Source: a bacterium
GTDB taxonomy: Bacteria; SAR324; XYD2-FULL-50-16
DNA: 64,000 nt
Assembly: GCA_032250835.1 (NCBI GenBank)
Contig: JAVVEA010000001.1
Span: 64,001 to 128,000 of the forward strand
Reading direction: 5' to 3'
The notes under the pieces are model-generated. The model saw nothing but the letters and a program-made list of their open reading frames with translations. It did not search any database and was not told the origin of the DNA. Every line of letters begins with the position of its first letter. Position 1 is the stretch's first letter. Positions 10,364-20,629 of this stretch are shown one piece after another. A program made the translations under genes and the position numbers.

Positions 10364-10468
10364 GTTTTTAGCAGAATTTTTGAAGGCTCTTAAAATGAGT
10401 TTTACTGTTTCGCAGAGCAATAAGCTGTTAAAATGAGAGACAACACACTTCCACCCTTAGAGGCAAAA

Positions 10469-11164
10469 ATGACCTTTCAAGAACTTATGTCGCACCTGAA
10501 GGAAATTGGCACCGAACAAAACCGAAAGATCTATCGGCGGCATGGTGCCGGTGAGTCGCTTTTCGGTGTGAGTTTTAAGGATTTGGACCGGATCAAGGCG
10601 GAACTGGGCAGCAATTTGGATCTAGCGCGCAAGCTTTGGCAAAGCGGCAACGCCGATGCCCGTTCCTTGGCCTTGAAAATTGGAGAGGAGCTTAGTTTTG
10701 AAGAAGCCCAAAAGTGGGCCCAGGAGGTTAACTACTACGTCCATGCCGAGCTTTTAGCCAAGCTGGCGGCAAAGCGCGATTGGTCCTTAAAGGCCTTAAA
10801 AAAATGGACCCAAGGAGGGTCCGACTGGCTTCAGGCTACGGGCTATGACTTGCTGGCGCATTTGCTGAAAGAAGAGGCTAAATTAAAGGCAAAATTGCCC
10901 TCCTTCGAACTGGATGCCGAAGAGGTGAAGGGCTATCTGCAGATGATCGAACAGCAAATAGGCCAGTCGGCCAACCGGGCTCGGCACAGCATGAACCGTG
11001 CATTGATCGCAATGGGTACCTATCGCTCGGAGTTGCGCGACCAGGTTTTTGAGGTCCTTGAACGGATTGGACCGGTCCAGGTAGACCATGGGCAGACCGA
11101 CTGCAAAACCCCTAGCGCGAAAGAGTATATCTTAAAGGCGCTGCAAAGGGGTTCTAAGAAGTGA
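10469..11164 (+). CDS. DNA alkylation repair enzyme family protein (AlkD-like HEAT repeat)
   Basis: 'LFGVSFKDL', 'LARKLWQSGNADAR.LA', 'MNRALIAMG', 'GPVQVDHGQTDCKTP'. Start put at ATG 10469 behind AGAGG. Confidence 0.75.
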   Translation: MTFQELMSHLKEIGTEQNRKIYRRHGAGESLFGVSFKDLDRIKAELGSNLDLARKLWQSGNADARSLALKIGEELSFEEAQKWAQEVNYYVHAELLAKLAAKRDWSLKALKKWTQGGSDWLQATGYDLLAHLLKEEAKLKAKLPSFELDAEEVKGYLQMIEQQIGQSANRARHSMNRALIAMGTYRSELRDQVFEVLERIGPVQVDHGQTDCKTPSAKEYILKALQRGSKK

Positions 11165-12302
11165 TTTGGCGAACCTGCTGTACAGCCGAAGCGAAGGCTT
11201 TGGCCGCCTCGGCTGGCGACCATTTTAACTCTAAAGGGCTGAAGCTAAGCCGCAAGGTGCGGCGGATTTGCAGGTCGTTAAGGCCCAGCGCACGCAAAAC
11301 TGGGCTTAGCTTTTTTGAGCGCGCCTGACAGGCACTCCCCTGGCTGGCCAGAATCCCTTCGGCGGCGAGGTGGTGCAGCAGCACCTCGCCCAGCGCCCCG
11401 TCCATATACAAAGCACGTATATGGGGGACCCGCTGAGCACCCCCGACAAAATGCAGGCCCGAAACCTGATCGCTGAGTTTTTTAAAAAACGAATCGGCCC
11501 AGTTTTCGACTGCCTCTTGGTTGGCCGCGCGGTTCGACTCGGCCCATTGGGCGGCCCAAGCCAGAGCCCGTATGGCCGGTAAGTTTTCGGTGCCCGAGCG
11601 TAACCCCGACTCTTGCCCGCCGCCGCTAATTTGAGCCTCCATCGGGATATTGCGGGCCCGCAGTAGGGCCCCGGCTCCGAGCAGCCCATGGACCTTGTGA
11701 CCGCTGATTGAATAGAGGTCTATGCTCCATTTGCGTAAGTTGGGCTCGATCTTGCCTAAGGCTTGGACGCCATCGCTGTGGAAGACGGCTTGGGGAGCCT
11801 TTTGGCGGATGACTCTCCCGATTTCGGCTAGGTCTTGTACCAGACCGGTCTCACTGTTGACGTGTTGGATTGAAACCAATGTCGTCTCCGCCGATAACTT
11901 GGCTTCCAAATCAGCCAAATCCACTTGGCCGGTGGCGGGCTCAATCTCGACCCAATCAACTGAACCGCCGATGGATTGGTACCATGCGGCCGCTTCGGAG
12001 ACGGCTTTGTGTTCGAGATGGGTGGTCAGGAACCGCCCGCGCGGTTTACCGGCGCGGAACAAGACCCCTTTAATTGCCAAATTGTCTGATTCGGTGCCCG
12101 AAGCAACAAAGGTAACCCCTTCGGCAGGCAGGCTGAACAACTGCCCTAGCGACATCCGGGCCGCTTGTAGCAGCTTGCGCTGCTCTAGGCCCCAAGGGTG
12201 GACTGAAGAGGGGTTGGCGTGGGGTTGTTGGTAATGCTGGTGCAGTAGCGCCAGCACTTCCGGGTGTGGGGCCGTACTGGCGGCGGCATCGAGATACAGC
12301 AC
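11154..12302 (-). CDS. Cysteine desulfurase (IscS/NifS family, PLP-dependent)
   Basis: 'YLDAAAST', 'ANPSSVH', 'HSDGVQALGK', 'SGHKVHG' (PLP Lys), 'SQGSAC' (catalytic Cys). Confidence 0.9.
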   Translation of the reverse strand: MLYLDAAASTAPHPEVLALLHQHYQQPHANPSSVHPWGLEQRKLLQAARMSLGQLFSLPAEGVTFVASGTESDNLAIKGVLFRAGKPRGRFLTTHLEHKAVSEAAAWYQSIGGSVDWVEIEPATGQVDLADLEAKLSAETTLVSIQHVNSETGLVQDLAEIGRVIRQKAPQAVFHSDGVQALGKIEPNLRKWSIDLYSISGHKVHGLLGAGALLRARNIPMEAQISGGGQESGLRSGTENLPAIRALAWAAQWAESNRAANQEAVENWADSFFKKLSDQVSGLHFVGGAQRVPHIRALYMDGALGEVLLHHLAAEGILASQGSACQARSKKLSPVLRALGLNDLQIRRTLRLSFSPLELKWSPAEAAKAFASAVQQVRQITS

Positions 12303-12304
12303 CC

Positions 12305-13114
12305 TTATCCGGCCAAATGGCGGTAGGCATTTTTAAAGAAGCGCAGCCCTTCCCCGTCCGTCTCCCCTTTTGGTAGGCGGGTCCAGTGGGGGTGGTTGGT
12401 ATGGTGGTTATAGGCTTCTGGGTGCGGCATCAGACCCAATACGTTGCCCCCGGCATTGCCCAGCCCGGCCACGTTGTTCCATGATCCATTGGGGTTGGCG
12501 GGGTATTCGGCAGTCGAATTGCCCTGGTCGTCGGCGTAATATAACAGGTCCAGTGCTTCGGCTTGAATCCGTTGGGCTACTTGCTCATTGGACACCACAA
12601 TCTTGCCCTCTCCGTGGCGGATGGGCAGGTAAATTTGCTCGATGCCCTGTAAGAAGATATTGTTGGAGCGCTCGTTGACCTTGGTGTGGACCCAGCGGTC
12701 TTCGAAGATGCCACTGGAATTATGGGTCAAGGTTACGGACTGGCCGCCTTGGGCCAGTTCTTCAAAGGGAAGCAAACCTAGCTTAACCAATAATTGGAAC
12801 CCATTGCAGATTCCCATCACCAAATGCCCTTGGGCCACAAATTCGGCGAGTTGGTCTTTCAGCTCGCCTTGGGCATTGGTGCTGTATTTGTATCGGTTGG
12901 CTCCGACCCTGGCACTGCCCAGGTAGTCGCCGTCTAAAAAACCACCAATAAAGATCAGGAAGTCGTAATCGCCCAAAGAAACCTGCCCACGGAGTAGCTC
13001 AAGGCTATGGCGTACCTCTACTTTGGCGGCGCCGGAACGCTCGCATGCATAGGCCGTTTCGCGTTCGCAGTTAAGGCCCAGGCCGGAAAGGATCAGCGTA
13101 CCTTTGTTGTTCAT
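12305..13114 (-). CDS. purQ: Phosphoribosylformylglycinamidine synthase glutaminase subunit PurQ
   Basis: 'GLNCERET', 'GGFLDGDYL', 'GICNGFQ', 'HGEG', 'NPNGS', 'GLMPHPE'. Confidence 0.92.
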   Translation of the reverse strand: MNNKGTLILSGLGLNCERETAYACERSGAAKVEVRHSLELLRGQVSLGDYDFLIFIGGFLDGDYLGSARVGANRYKYSTNAQGELKDQLAEFVAQGHLVMGICNGFQLLVKLGLLPFEELAQGGQSVTLTHNSSGIFEDRWVHTKVNERSNNIFLQGIEQIYLPIRHGEGKIVVSNEQVAQRIQAEALDLLYYADDQGNSTAEYPANPNGSWNNVAGLGNAGGNVLGLMPHPEAYNHHTNHPHWTRLPKGETDGEGLRFFKNAYRHLAG

Positions 13115-13240
13115 CGACTTATCAGGGGAAAGGGGGGTTGTTCAGGTCGTTGTAGCGCCTTTTTAAGATTCTGAAAAGCCCCGCCTTGACTAGTTGCCAA
13201 CGCCAAGGCGACAATGGGCTTTACCCCTAATATGGCACCT

Positions 13241-16200
13241 ATGAATCACCAGCCTGACGCTCCCTTTAACTTTTCTGCGGCCTTTGACGCTAAAAGCGTC
13301 GCAGGCCTGTCCCTTAAGGACCGCAAAGGGGTTTATAAGGAATTTTTCACCGAGCAGTGGGAGTCCTTTAAAGCCGCCGAGGCAAAGTCGGCGCTGCTCA
13401 GCCGAGACGCCTTGGTTGATGTGGCCCGTCTATGCCGCTGGATGAGTGACTGGATTGTGTTTAGCTGGGATTTTGTGGTCAGTGAAGAGCCTTTGGTGAT
13501 GCGCGAATTGGCCGCTGAGTCTAAGTCGAAGCTTGACTACCTGCGCTCTGGTTTACCTAAAAAATCCGAGAAAGCCAAAGAACTGAACCAGATTTTATAT
13601 CTCGAAGACGGCAGTAAGGCCCCCATGGACCCGGCTGAACATGCCTATTACGACAAGCTGCTGATCGAACTGACCGAAGAGGTGGTTCAGGGTGAAAAGG
13701 AAATGGCCCGCATTTCGGAGACCTTGCCCCAGTTAGAGTCCTATCGTTCTAAGCCCGGTGCCTACCGCAAGTTCTTTTGCATCATGGCCCGTGGGGGCTT
13801 TGGGCGGGGAGAGCTGACCTATTCGAGCGACGTGGACATTGCCTATCTGGTGGACCCGACCAACCGCAATCTTCTGGAACTTTCGGCGATTCAAGAGCTG
13901 ATCCGGCGGTTAGAAGAACTTTTTGTGGACCTTCCACTAGAACTGGCGAGCCAATACTTTGAGCTTCATGAGGATCTAAGCCGCTTTTCTGAGACCCAGG
14001 CACTACATGCGATCCCTTCTATTTTAGAAGCCAAGGTGATTTTAGGCAACGAGCGCACCTTGCGCGCCTTTAAGGCCCAGATGCGCCAAGCTTGCCCGAA
14101 GGAAAAGCTGATTCGGTTCCTCCGGACTCAGTCAGCGGAGTTGGTTCCCGCCAGGATCGACGAACTTCACATCAAAGCCGGTCAGGGCGGTCTGCGGCAT
14201 TTGCAGTATGTCTTTTGGACCCTAGTGGTGCTGTTGGAGCCCAACAAGACCACTACCTTAGAATTGGCCGATGAGTTGCTCCGCCGCCGCTGGATCACCC
14301 GCGTTGAGGCGGATATTCTGCGCCAGACCTTAGAATTTTATCTAGATCTACGAAACTTCCTGGGGCTTTTTGAGCATTACCGGCCTCAGTTAGCGCTTAT
14401 GGGTGAAAAGGACCTAGCCAAAGAGCCACTTAAGATCGACCGGTTTAACGACCGCGCCGCCATGGCCTATTTGAAAATCAAAGTCCGTTTCACCACCATC
14501 GACCAACTGGACCGCTTTCGCCTCAATTCAGCCAGGCAGTTTTCGCGGATCGCCGAAAAGGTGCTGTATCAGGTCTTAGACCGAAGTTTTGAAGAGAAAT
14601 TGACCCATTTCCGGCTGGTCAAGCACCTGCGTTCTAACGAGGTTCAAAAGCTGTTGTCTTACGATGCTGCCGGCAGGCAACGTACCAGCGATTTAAATCT
14701 ATTCTTGGATTGGGAGGCCCTATTTGAGCTCTTCTTGTATCTCGCCAACAACGGCAACGCCTTAAGCTCCCAATTGAGCGAAGGCTTTAGCGTTTTGCTT
14801 GGTGATTTGTATCCTAAGCTGGAGCAGATCCCTAAAGAATCGCTCAAAGATTTTATTTACCAGCTATTTAGGGCAGATTACGCTTCGGCGGCCATTGGGC
14901 AGATGTTAGAAATCTCCCTGCCTTTGTCGTCCACGGGAGATGCCAAGACGCTACTGGGCCTGTTCCTGCCTGAGGTGAATAAGATGCGCTATTTGCTGCG
15001 TAATCTTGAGGTGCATTCTTACCCGCTCTGTGAACATTCGCTGAAGGCGATCGGGCAAATGGAAAAGGAAATCGTGGCGTTCCGGTCTAAGGAGCCCGAG
15101 CTATGGCGGTTCTTAGAAGATGAAGACATTTTTAGCCTCAAGTGGTCGATTTTTTTCCATGACCTCGGCAAGATCAACCCTTACAAAGACCATGAGCAAT
15201 ACGGTCCGAAGTTGGCGGGGGGGATGTTGGTACGGCTTGGCTTTGACGGCAATTCAGACCAACTAGAAATGATCCGCTTGTTAGTACAGCACCACCAATC
15301 CATGGTGCGCTACAGTAAGCTGTCGACGCACATGGACCTAGGCATCCTTAAGTTCTTTGAACTCGCCCAGCGGGACCCTAAGCGGTTGATTTTACTTTAT
15401 ATGATCAACATCAGCGACTTCAAGTCCGTCAACGCCAGGATGCATGAAAAAGCCGGGCATCTAGAAGATTTTTTTGAGCGGACCCTGGCTATTTTAGAAG
15501 AATTCCGCCGCCGGGGCCATGAGAAGACCCTGACCCAAACGATCAACCACTTCTTAGACGCTAAGGTAGAAGAGCAAAAAGATGCGGTGGTTTTGGATCT
15601 TTTGCTTCGTCAGTCCTGTAACCGCAGCCTAGACGAGGTGATCACCGAGCCCCTAAAGGCGCTATCTACCGGCGAGGCCGAAGCCTTAGACAAATACCGC
15701 CGGGAGTTGAGCAGTTCGGCCCATTACATCCATCTAGGCGAATTAGACGAAAAGTCGCTAGAGAAGCACTACGTTAGGTTTTGCCGTATCTTAAGCGACA
15801 ACTTGAGCCGGCCGACCCGCTTTCTTTTGGCGGAGCCTTATATAAACAACTGGGATTGGTTTTTCGCCACCATCCCGAACCGTTACCTACTCAGCGCTTC
15901 ACCCCAGCGTTTAGCCCACCAGTTGATTGACTTCGACGCCGAGGAACGCGATGACCTTCGCTTTTCCTTTGTCAAAGGCGGCCCCGGTGAATACGATAGC
16001 CTGCTGTTTTACTCAATGCATGACTTAAATGTTCAGGCCAAAATCGCCTTTGCCCTCAACGCCAAGGGAATCAACCTTGAACTGGGCAAGATCAATCAAG
16101 TGCGCTATGCTGACGGTAAATTTGGCATTGTAGGCTTTTTCCAAGGGACCAGCGGGAACAAGGCCAATATTTCGGGCGTCGAGTTAGAGAGCATGGTGGC

Positions 16201-16579
16201 CAACCTGCAACCGCCCGATTTAGCCCACGGAGCCCACCGCAAGGCCTATGCCGGTATGGTGCAAGTGCAATACATGCTCGAGCGAGAAAAGGGCTATTTG
16301 GTGGTCGAGACCCTCGATGGGAGCTTTCAGCGCGAGCCGATCGAATGCTGGGCCGTAAAGGTTTCCTTGACCGATGCGCCCTATGGGTATTTCAAGATCA
16401 TGATGGCGCTACAGGCGCTAAACGTTACGCCGCTTCAGGTCACGGTGACCACCATCGGCAACCAGATTGTGGACTACTTTTATGTACGTCCCGACGATTG
16501 CGCCAGGCTAAAAGAAGGCGGTTTTGAGCCGCTACTCAGTCACTACATGGGCTCTGAGATACAGGCTCAGGGGATTTAA
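13241..16579 (+). CDS. glnD: GlnD-like PII uridylyltransferase/uridylyl-removing enzyme (enlarged)
   Basis: NTase motif 'GGFGRGELTYSSDVDI', 'GGLRHL', HD domain 'HSYPLCEH...FFHDLGK', C-terminal ACT-like 'TTIGNQIVDYFYV'. The start (13214/13232/13241) is uncertain; TTGACT-18-GACAAT overlaps the 13214 ATG. Confidence 0.7.
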   Translation: MNHQPDAPFNFSAAFDAKSVAGLSLKDRKGVYKEFFTEQWESFKAAEAKSALLSRDALVDVARLCRWMSDWIVFSWDFVVSEEPLVMRELAAESKSKLDYLRSGLPKKSEKAKELNQILYLEDGSKAPMDPAEHAYYDKLLIELTEEVVQGEKEMARISETLPQLESYRSKPGAYRKFFCIMARGGFGRGELTYSSDVDIAYLVDPTNRNLLELSAIQELIRRLEELFVDLPLELASQYFELHEDLSRFSETQALHAIPSILEAKVILGNERTLRAFKAQMRQACPKEKLIRFLRTQSAELVPARIDELHIKAGQGGLRHLQYVFWTLVVLLEPNKTTTLELADELLRRRWITRVEADILRQTLEFYLDLRNFLGLFEHYRPQLALMGEKDLAKEPLKIDRFNDRAAMAYLKIKVRFTTIDQLDRFRLNSARQFSRIAEKVLYQVLDRSFEEKLTHFRLVKHLRSNEVQKLLSYDAAGRQRTSDLNLFLDWEALFELFLYLANNGNALSSQLSEGFSVLLGDLYPKLEQIPKESLKDFIYQLFRADYASAAIGQMLEISLPLSSTGDAKTLLGLFLPEVNKMRYLLRNLEVHSYPLCEHSLKAIGQMEKEIVAFRSKEPELWRFLEDEDIFSLKWSIFFHDLGKINPYKDHEQYGPKLAGGMLVRLGFDGNSDQLEMIRLLVQHHQSMVRYSKLSTHMDLGILKFFELAQRDPKRLILLYMINISDFKSVNARMHEKAGHLEDFFERTLAILEEFRRRGHEKTLTQTINHFLDAKVEEQKDAVVLDLLLRQSCNRSLDEVITEPLKALSTGEAEALDKYRRELSSSAHYIHLGELDEKSLEKHYVRFCRILSDNLSRPTRFLLAEPYINNWDWFFATIPNRYLLSASPQRLAHQLIDFDAEERDDLRFSFVKGGPGEYDSLLFYSMHDLNVQAKIAFALNAKGINLELGKINQVRYADGKFGIVGFFQGTSGNKANISGVELESMVANLQPPDLAHGAHRKAYAGMVQVQYMLEREKGYLVVETLDGSFQREPIECWAVKVSLTDAPYGYFKIMMALQALNVTPLQVTVTTIGNQIVDYFYVRPDDCARLKEGGFEPLLSHYMGSEIQAQGI

Positions 16580-16609
16580 GCACAGACGTCTTCTAAGGGA
16601 GAGAATTCG

Positions 16610-17917
16610 TTGAGACAAATCAAGATCGGCCTTTTTGGCCTGGGTACCGTTGGGCAGAGCGTTGTTGAACAAATAACCACCAACCAAACCCTGATTCAAG
16701 CGCGTACCGGCTGCGAACTTAAGGTGGTCAAGGCGGTGGTCAATAATCCGGCCAAACCCCGTCAAGTCGATTTGAGCGGCGTTGAAATCTCCGGTGATCC
16801 GGCCTTTATCTTAGAGGACCCGACCATTGATCTGGTCATTGAGCTGATGGGCGGCTGCGATTTAGCTAAAGAGGTGTTACTCAAAAGCTTTGCGGCAGGA
16901 AAACCCGTGGTTACCGCTAATAAGGCGTTACTAGCCGAGCATGGTGCCGAGGTCTTTGGGGCCGCTTACCAAGCCCAAGCCTCCTTGGGCTTTGAAGCCG
17001 CCGTAGCAGGCGGGATTCCGGTGATCCGTGTCTTAAAGGAAGGTTTGGCCGGTGATCAGGTGACCGAGGTTTCGGGCATCATCAACGGAACGGCTAATTA
17101 TATCTTAACCTCCATGACCAACAAGGGTGAGTCCTTCATGGCGGCGTTACGAAAAGCTCAAGACAAAGGCTACGCAGAAGCGGACCCGACCTTTGATGTA
17201 GAAGGGATCGATACGGCGCACAAGCTATTGATTCTAATGAATCTATCTTTCGGGGGTTTGTTCGATTTTAAGCAGCTTTATACCGAAGGCATCACCGGAA
17301 TTGAGCCCGTTGATATTGAAATTGCAGCCGAGTTTGGGTATGTGATCAAACTTTTAGGTAAAGCCATCGACCGCGGCGGTCGCTACGAAGGTCGGGTCCA
17401 TCCGACCCTAGTCCCTGAAGGCGACATGTTGGCCAACGTAGAGGGCCCCTTCAATGCGGTGTCTTTGCAAGGTAACTTTTCGGGTCCGGTAGTCGCCTAT
17501 GGCCGCGGTGCCGGCGGACACCCTACCGCTTCGGCGGTGCTGGCCGACGTTGTGGCTATTGTGCGTCAATTAGGCGTTGATGGTGTGCCGGTTCCGCCGC
17601 TGTCGATGTTGCCCGCTCAGTTAGAACAAAAAGAGATCATGCCCATCGGAGAGGTGGAAAGTGAATATTATCTACGCTTTAGCGTAGAGGACCGGGTGGG
17701 TGTTATGTCGGAGATCACTCGGGTTCTCGGTGAACACGATATATCCATTGCTTCGATGATCCAAAAAACGCGCGCCGAAGAAGACGGCGAAGCGGTCCCG
17801 GTGGTGATTTTCACCCATTTGGCCTTAGAAATGGACGTGGTCAACGCCCTGTTGAAAATTGATCAAATGCCCTTTATCGCTCAAAAGACCCGTCTGATTC
17901 GTGTGGATCAAGACTAG
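16610..17917 (+). CDS. hom: Homoserine dehydrogenase with C-terminal ACT domain
   Basis: 'GLGTVG', 'VVTANKA', 'FEAAVAGGIP', 'GIINGTANYIL', 'GYAEADPTFDVEG'. Confidence 0.95.
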   Translation: MRQIKIGLFGLGTVGQSVVEQITTNQTLIQARTGCELKVVKAVVNNPAKPRQVDLSGVEISGDPAFILEDPTIDLVIELMGGCDLAKEVLLKSFAAGKPVVTANKALLAEHGAEVFGAAYQAQASLGFEAAVAGGIPVIRVLKEGLAGDQVTEVSGIINGTANYILTSMTNKGESFMAALRKAQDKGYAEADPTFDVEGIDTAHKLLILMNLSFGGLFDFKQLYTEGITGIEPVDIEIAAEFGYVIKLLGKAIDRGGRYEGRVHPTLVPEGDMLANVEGPFNAVSLQGNFSGPVVAYGRGAGGHPTASAVLADVVAIVRQLGVDGVPVPPLSMLPAQLEQKEIMPIGEVESEYYLRFSVEDRVGVMSEITRVLGEHDISIASMIQKTRAEEDGEAVPVVIFTHLALEMDVVNALLKIDQMPFIAQKTRLIRVDQD

Positions 17918-17944
17918 CGGCTTGAACCGCCCCGAGGAGTACCC

Positions 17945-19894
17945 ATGCCCATGAAAATCTTGGTCGTTGATGATAGCGCCATGATGCGCAAAATCATCCG
18001 CACCGAATTGCAAGGAGGCGGCTTTGAAACCTTCGAAGCCGCCGATGGTATTGAGGCGTTAGAGCAGGTGGCCCGCAACCAGCCGGACTTGATCACCCTC
18101 GACGTGGACATGCCCCGGCTCAACGGCTACGACACCTGTTTTAGGTTACGTTCGACAGAGTTAGAATCGGCGGTCCGCAAAATACCGGTGATCTTCGTGA
18201 CCGCGAACGACACCATCGAAGGGCGAAACAAGGGCTTTGAGGTAGGGGCCTCGGAGTTCATCACTAAGCCCTTTTTGCGTGGTGAAATCCTTAGTGCCGT
18301 TGAACGGACTCTAAAGCCAGAAAAGGCGATGCAGGGGCTTAAAGCGGTAATCGCCGAGGACAACAAGATTGCGCGCCAGCTGTTAGAATCGCTGCTCGAA
18401 GCCGAAGGCATCGAAACCATTGTCACTAAAAACGGCGTCGAAGCCTTAGAGGCGATCCGGGGCGCTGAACAGGACATCGACCTAGTGGTGACTGATTTCA
18501 TGATGCCTGAGATGAACGGCGACGAACTCTGCAAAAAGATTCGTTTTGAATTAGGCCTTAAAAGCCTTCCGGTGATCTTTTTGTCCGGTATGGCCGAACG
18601 CGACTCGATTTTGCAGATGTTTAAGGCCGGCGCTAGTGATTATGTAATCAAGCCCTTTGCCAAAGAAGAATTGCTGGCGAGGATTCGGGTGCATATGGAA
18701 GCGCGTCGCTTGACCCGCAAGCTGGAATATCAGGTGATGGAGCTTAAAAAGCTCAATAAACTCAAAGATGAATTCCTTTCGGTGACCAGCCACGACCTGC
18801 GTGCGCCGCTCAACGGGATCATGGGGTTTACTGAGCTATTGATGTTAGAAGAAGGCTTAAACAGCCAACAAAAGGAATACCTGGGGCATGTAAGGCAATC
18901 GGGTGAATTTTTGTTGGATTTGATCGGCGATATTTTGTATCTGGGCCGGATGGGCTCTGAATCTGCCGAAGTGGAGCAAAAGCCGGTCAGCCTCAAGCAG
19001 GTGATCGAAGCCAGTACCCAGACCCTGCGCCATATGGCGACCCCCAAGAAGCAGCAATTGGTGATTGAAAACCGTTGTCATACCGATCCGGTGATCATGG
19101 GTGACCATGGTTCCTTGATGCGGGTTTTTAATAACCTGCTTTCTAACGCGATCAAGTTCACCCCTAAGGAAGGGGATATCCGCCAAATCATTGAAGAAAC
19201 GCCCCAGCAAATCAGTATTTCGGTGATTGACTCGGGCATCGGTATTCCCGCAGACAAACTCCCCTTTTTGTTTGATAAGTTCAGCAAAACCAGCCGTTCG
19301 GGCACCTCTGGAGAGGCGGGCACCGGCTTGGGGTTAGCTATCACCAAAGAGTTGGTCGCCCGGCACCATGGCAAGATTGAGGTTTCTTCCACTGTGGGTG
19401 AAGGCACCCGCTTCACGCTAACCTTCCCGAAAATTGGGGCTGAAGTGGCGGCGAAAAAGCCCGCCACCGGGCCGGATTTGACTGCGCCCTTTAAGCCGGT
19501 GGAACCGCTACATTGCCTGCTGATTGACGACAACCAACTGAATTTAAAGCTGGGTGCTACGGTTTTAAAAAAGCAGGGATACAGCGTAGACACGGCGACG
19601 GACGGTCAAGAAGCGGTGATGAAATATATCGAATACCGCATGCAAAAAAGGCCACTTCATTTGCTCTTCATGGATGTACGGATGCCTGGGATGGACGGAC
19701 TGGAGGCGACCCGCAGAATTCGTGAATTCGAAGGACACAAAAAATTGAACCGCATCCCCATTTGGGCCATGACCGCCGGGACCAGCGAAAACGAAAAGCA
19801 AGCCTGCAGCCAAGCGGGTATGGATGGTTTTTTAACCAAGCCCATCAACCTGACGCAGTTGCAGGAAATGCTGGCCAAAACTCAGGACCAATAA
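17945..19894 (+). CDS. Cytoplasmic hybrid histidine kinase (REC-REC-HisKA-HATPase-REC)
   Basis: Three receiver domains ('LDVDMP', 'TDFMMP', 'MDVRMP'), H-box 'SHDLRAPL', 'NLLSNAIKF', 'DSGIGI', 'GTGLGL'; no TM segment. Confidence 0.93.
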   Translation: MPMKILVVDDSAMMRKIIRTELQGGGFETFEAADGIEALEQVARNQPDLITLDVDMPRLNGYDTCFRLRSTELESAVRKIPVIFVTANDTIEGRNKGFEVGASEFITKPFLRGEILSAVERTLKPEKAMQGLKAVIAEDNKIARQLLESLLEAEGIETIVTKNGVEALEAIRGAEQDIDLVVTDFMMPEMNGDELCKKIRFELGLKSLPVIFLSGMAERDSILQMFKAGASDYVIKPFAKEELLARIRVHMEARRLTRKLEYQVMELKKLNKLKDEFLSVTSHDLRAPLNGIMGFTELLMLEEGLNSQQKEYLGHVRQSGEFLLDLIGDILYLGRMGSESAEVEQKPVSLKQVIEASTQTLRHMATPKKQQLVIENRCHTDPVIMGDHGSLMRVFNNLLSNAIKFTPKEGDIRQIIEETPQQISISVIDSGIGIPADKLPFLFDKFSKTSRSGTSGEAGTGLGLAITKELVARHHGKIEVSSTVGEGTRFTLTFPKIGAEVAAKKPATGPDLTAPFKPVEPLHCLLIDDNQLNLKLGATVLKKQGYSVDTATDGQEAVMKYIEYRMQKRPLHLLFMDVRMPGMDGLEATRRIREFEGHKKLNRIPIWAMTAGTSENEKQACSQAGMDGFLTKPINLTQLQEMLAKTQDQ

Positions 19895-19898
19895 GGGC

Positions 19899-19927
19899 TT
19901 GCCTCTTTATTTTGGTTGGACTAGTCT
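19899..19927 (+). promoter_or_regulatory. Putative sigma70 promoter
   Basis: TTGCCT-17 nt-TAGTCT upstream of the TPR gene. Confidence 0.35.
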
Positions 19928-19954
19928 GAGTAAATTTCCCTTCAACTAAGTGTG

Positions 19955-20629
19955 ATGTCCAAAGAAGAAACCAAACCTGTGGCCCAGCCGGTACCCGAAG
20001 CCGAAGCGGCCCCTGTAGACGACGTTTTCTTTCATCTGGCCGACTATCTGTACCGCCACCGTAAGCTGTTCATTGGTCTGTTGGCGTTGGTCTTTGCCTT
20101 GATCCTGGTTGGGTTAGGCGTGCAAGAATACCTAAAGGCCCAGGACCAGGACCGCGACTTGCGGCTCTATCAAATTGAACAGCAGATGAGTCAGGTGGAC
20201 CAAATGGACCAGGCCGCCGAAGCGCTAGCCGCTTTTGCTGCCAGCGAACAGGGTACCCCCCAGGCGCGCATCGCCCGGCTGCATCGAGCCAACTTGCTCT
20301 CGGCCAAAAAGGATTACCTAGGCGCTCAATTTGAATTGGACCAACTGCTCAACCAAACAGACCCAAAAAGCGGGTTTTATGCGGTGGTGCAGGTTTATTT
20401 GGCCAATGTGTTGCGTGACCAAAACAAATTGGATGAAGCCCTGGCCGCCCTAGGCCGCGGCAACGCCCAGGTTTTACAAGACGCGCTTTCGGTAGAAAAG
20501 GCCGAAACGCTGATGCTGTTAAAAAAACCCGATGAGGCCCGGGCTTTGCTCGAACGGCTTCTTTCGGAGTATCCCGACTCGCTGTACCGTCAGCGGGCCC
20601 AACAACTGCTCAACGTCCTAAAATCATGA
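19955..20629 (+). CDS. Single-pass membrane TPR protein (YfgM-like)
   Basis: One N-terminal TM helix followed by TPR-like helices ending 'LLSEYPDS'. Confidence 0.65.
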   Translation: MSKEETKPVAQPVPEAEAAPVDDVFFHLADYLYRHRKLFIGLLALVFALILVGLGVQEYLKAQDQDRDLRLYQIEQQMSQVDQMDQAAEALAAFAASEQGTPQARIARLHRANLLSAKKDYLGAQFELDQLLNQTDPKSGFYAVVQVYLANVLRDQNKLDEALAALGRGNAQVLQDALSVEKAETLMLLKKPDEARALLERLLSEYPDSLYRQRAQQLLNVLKS

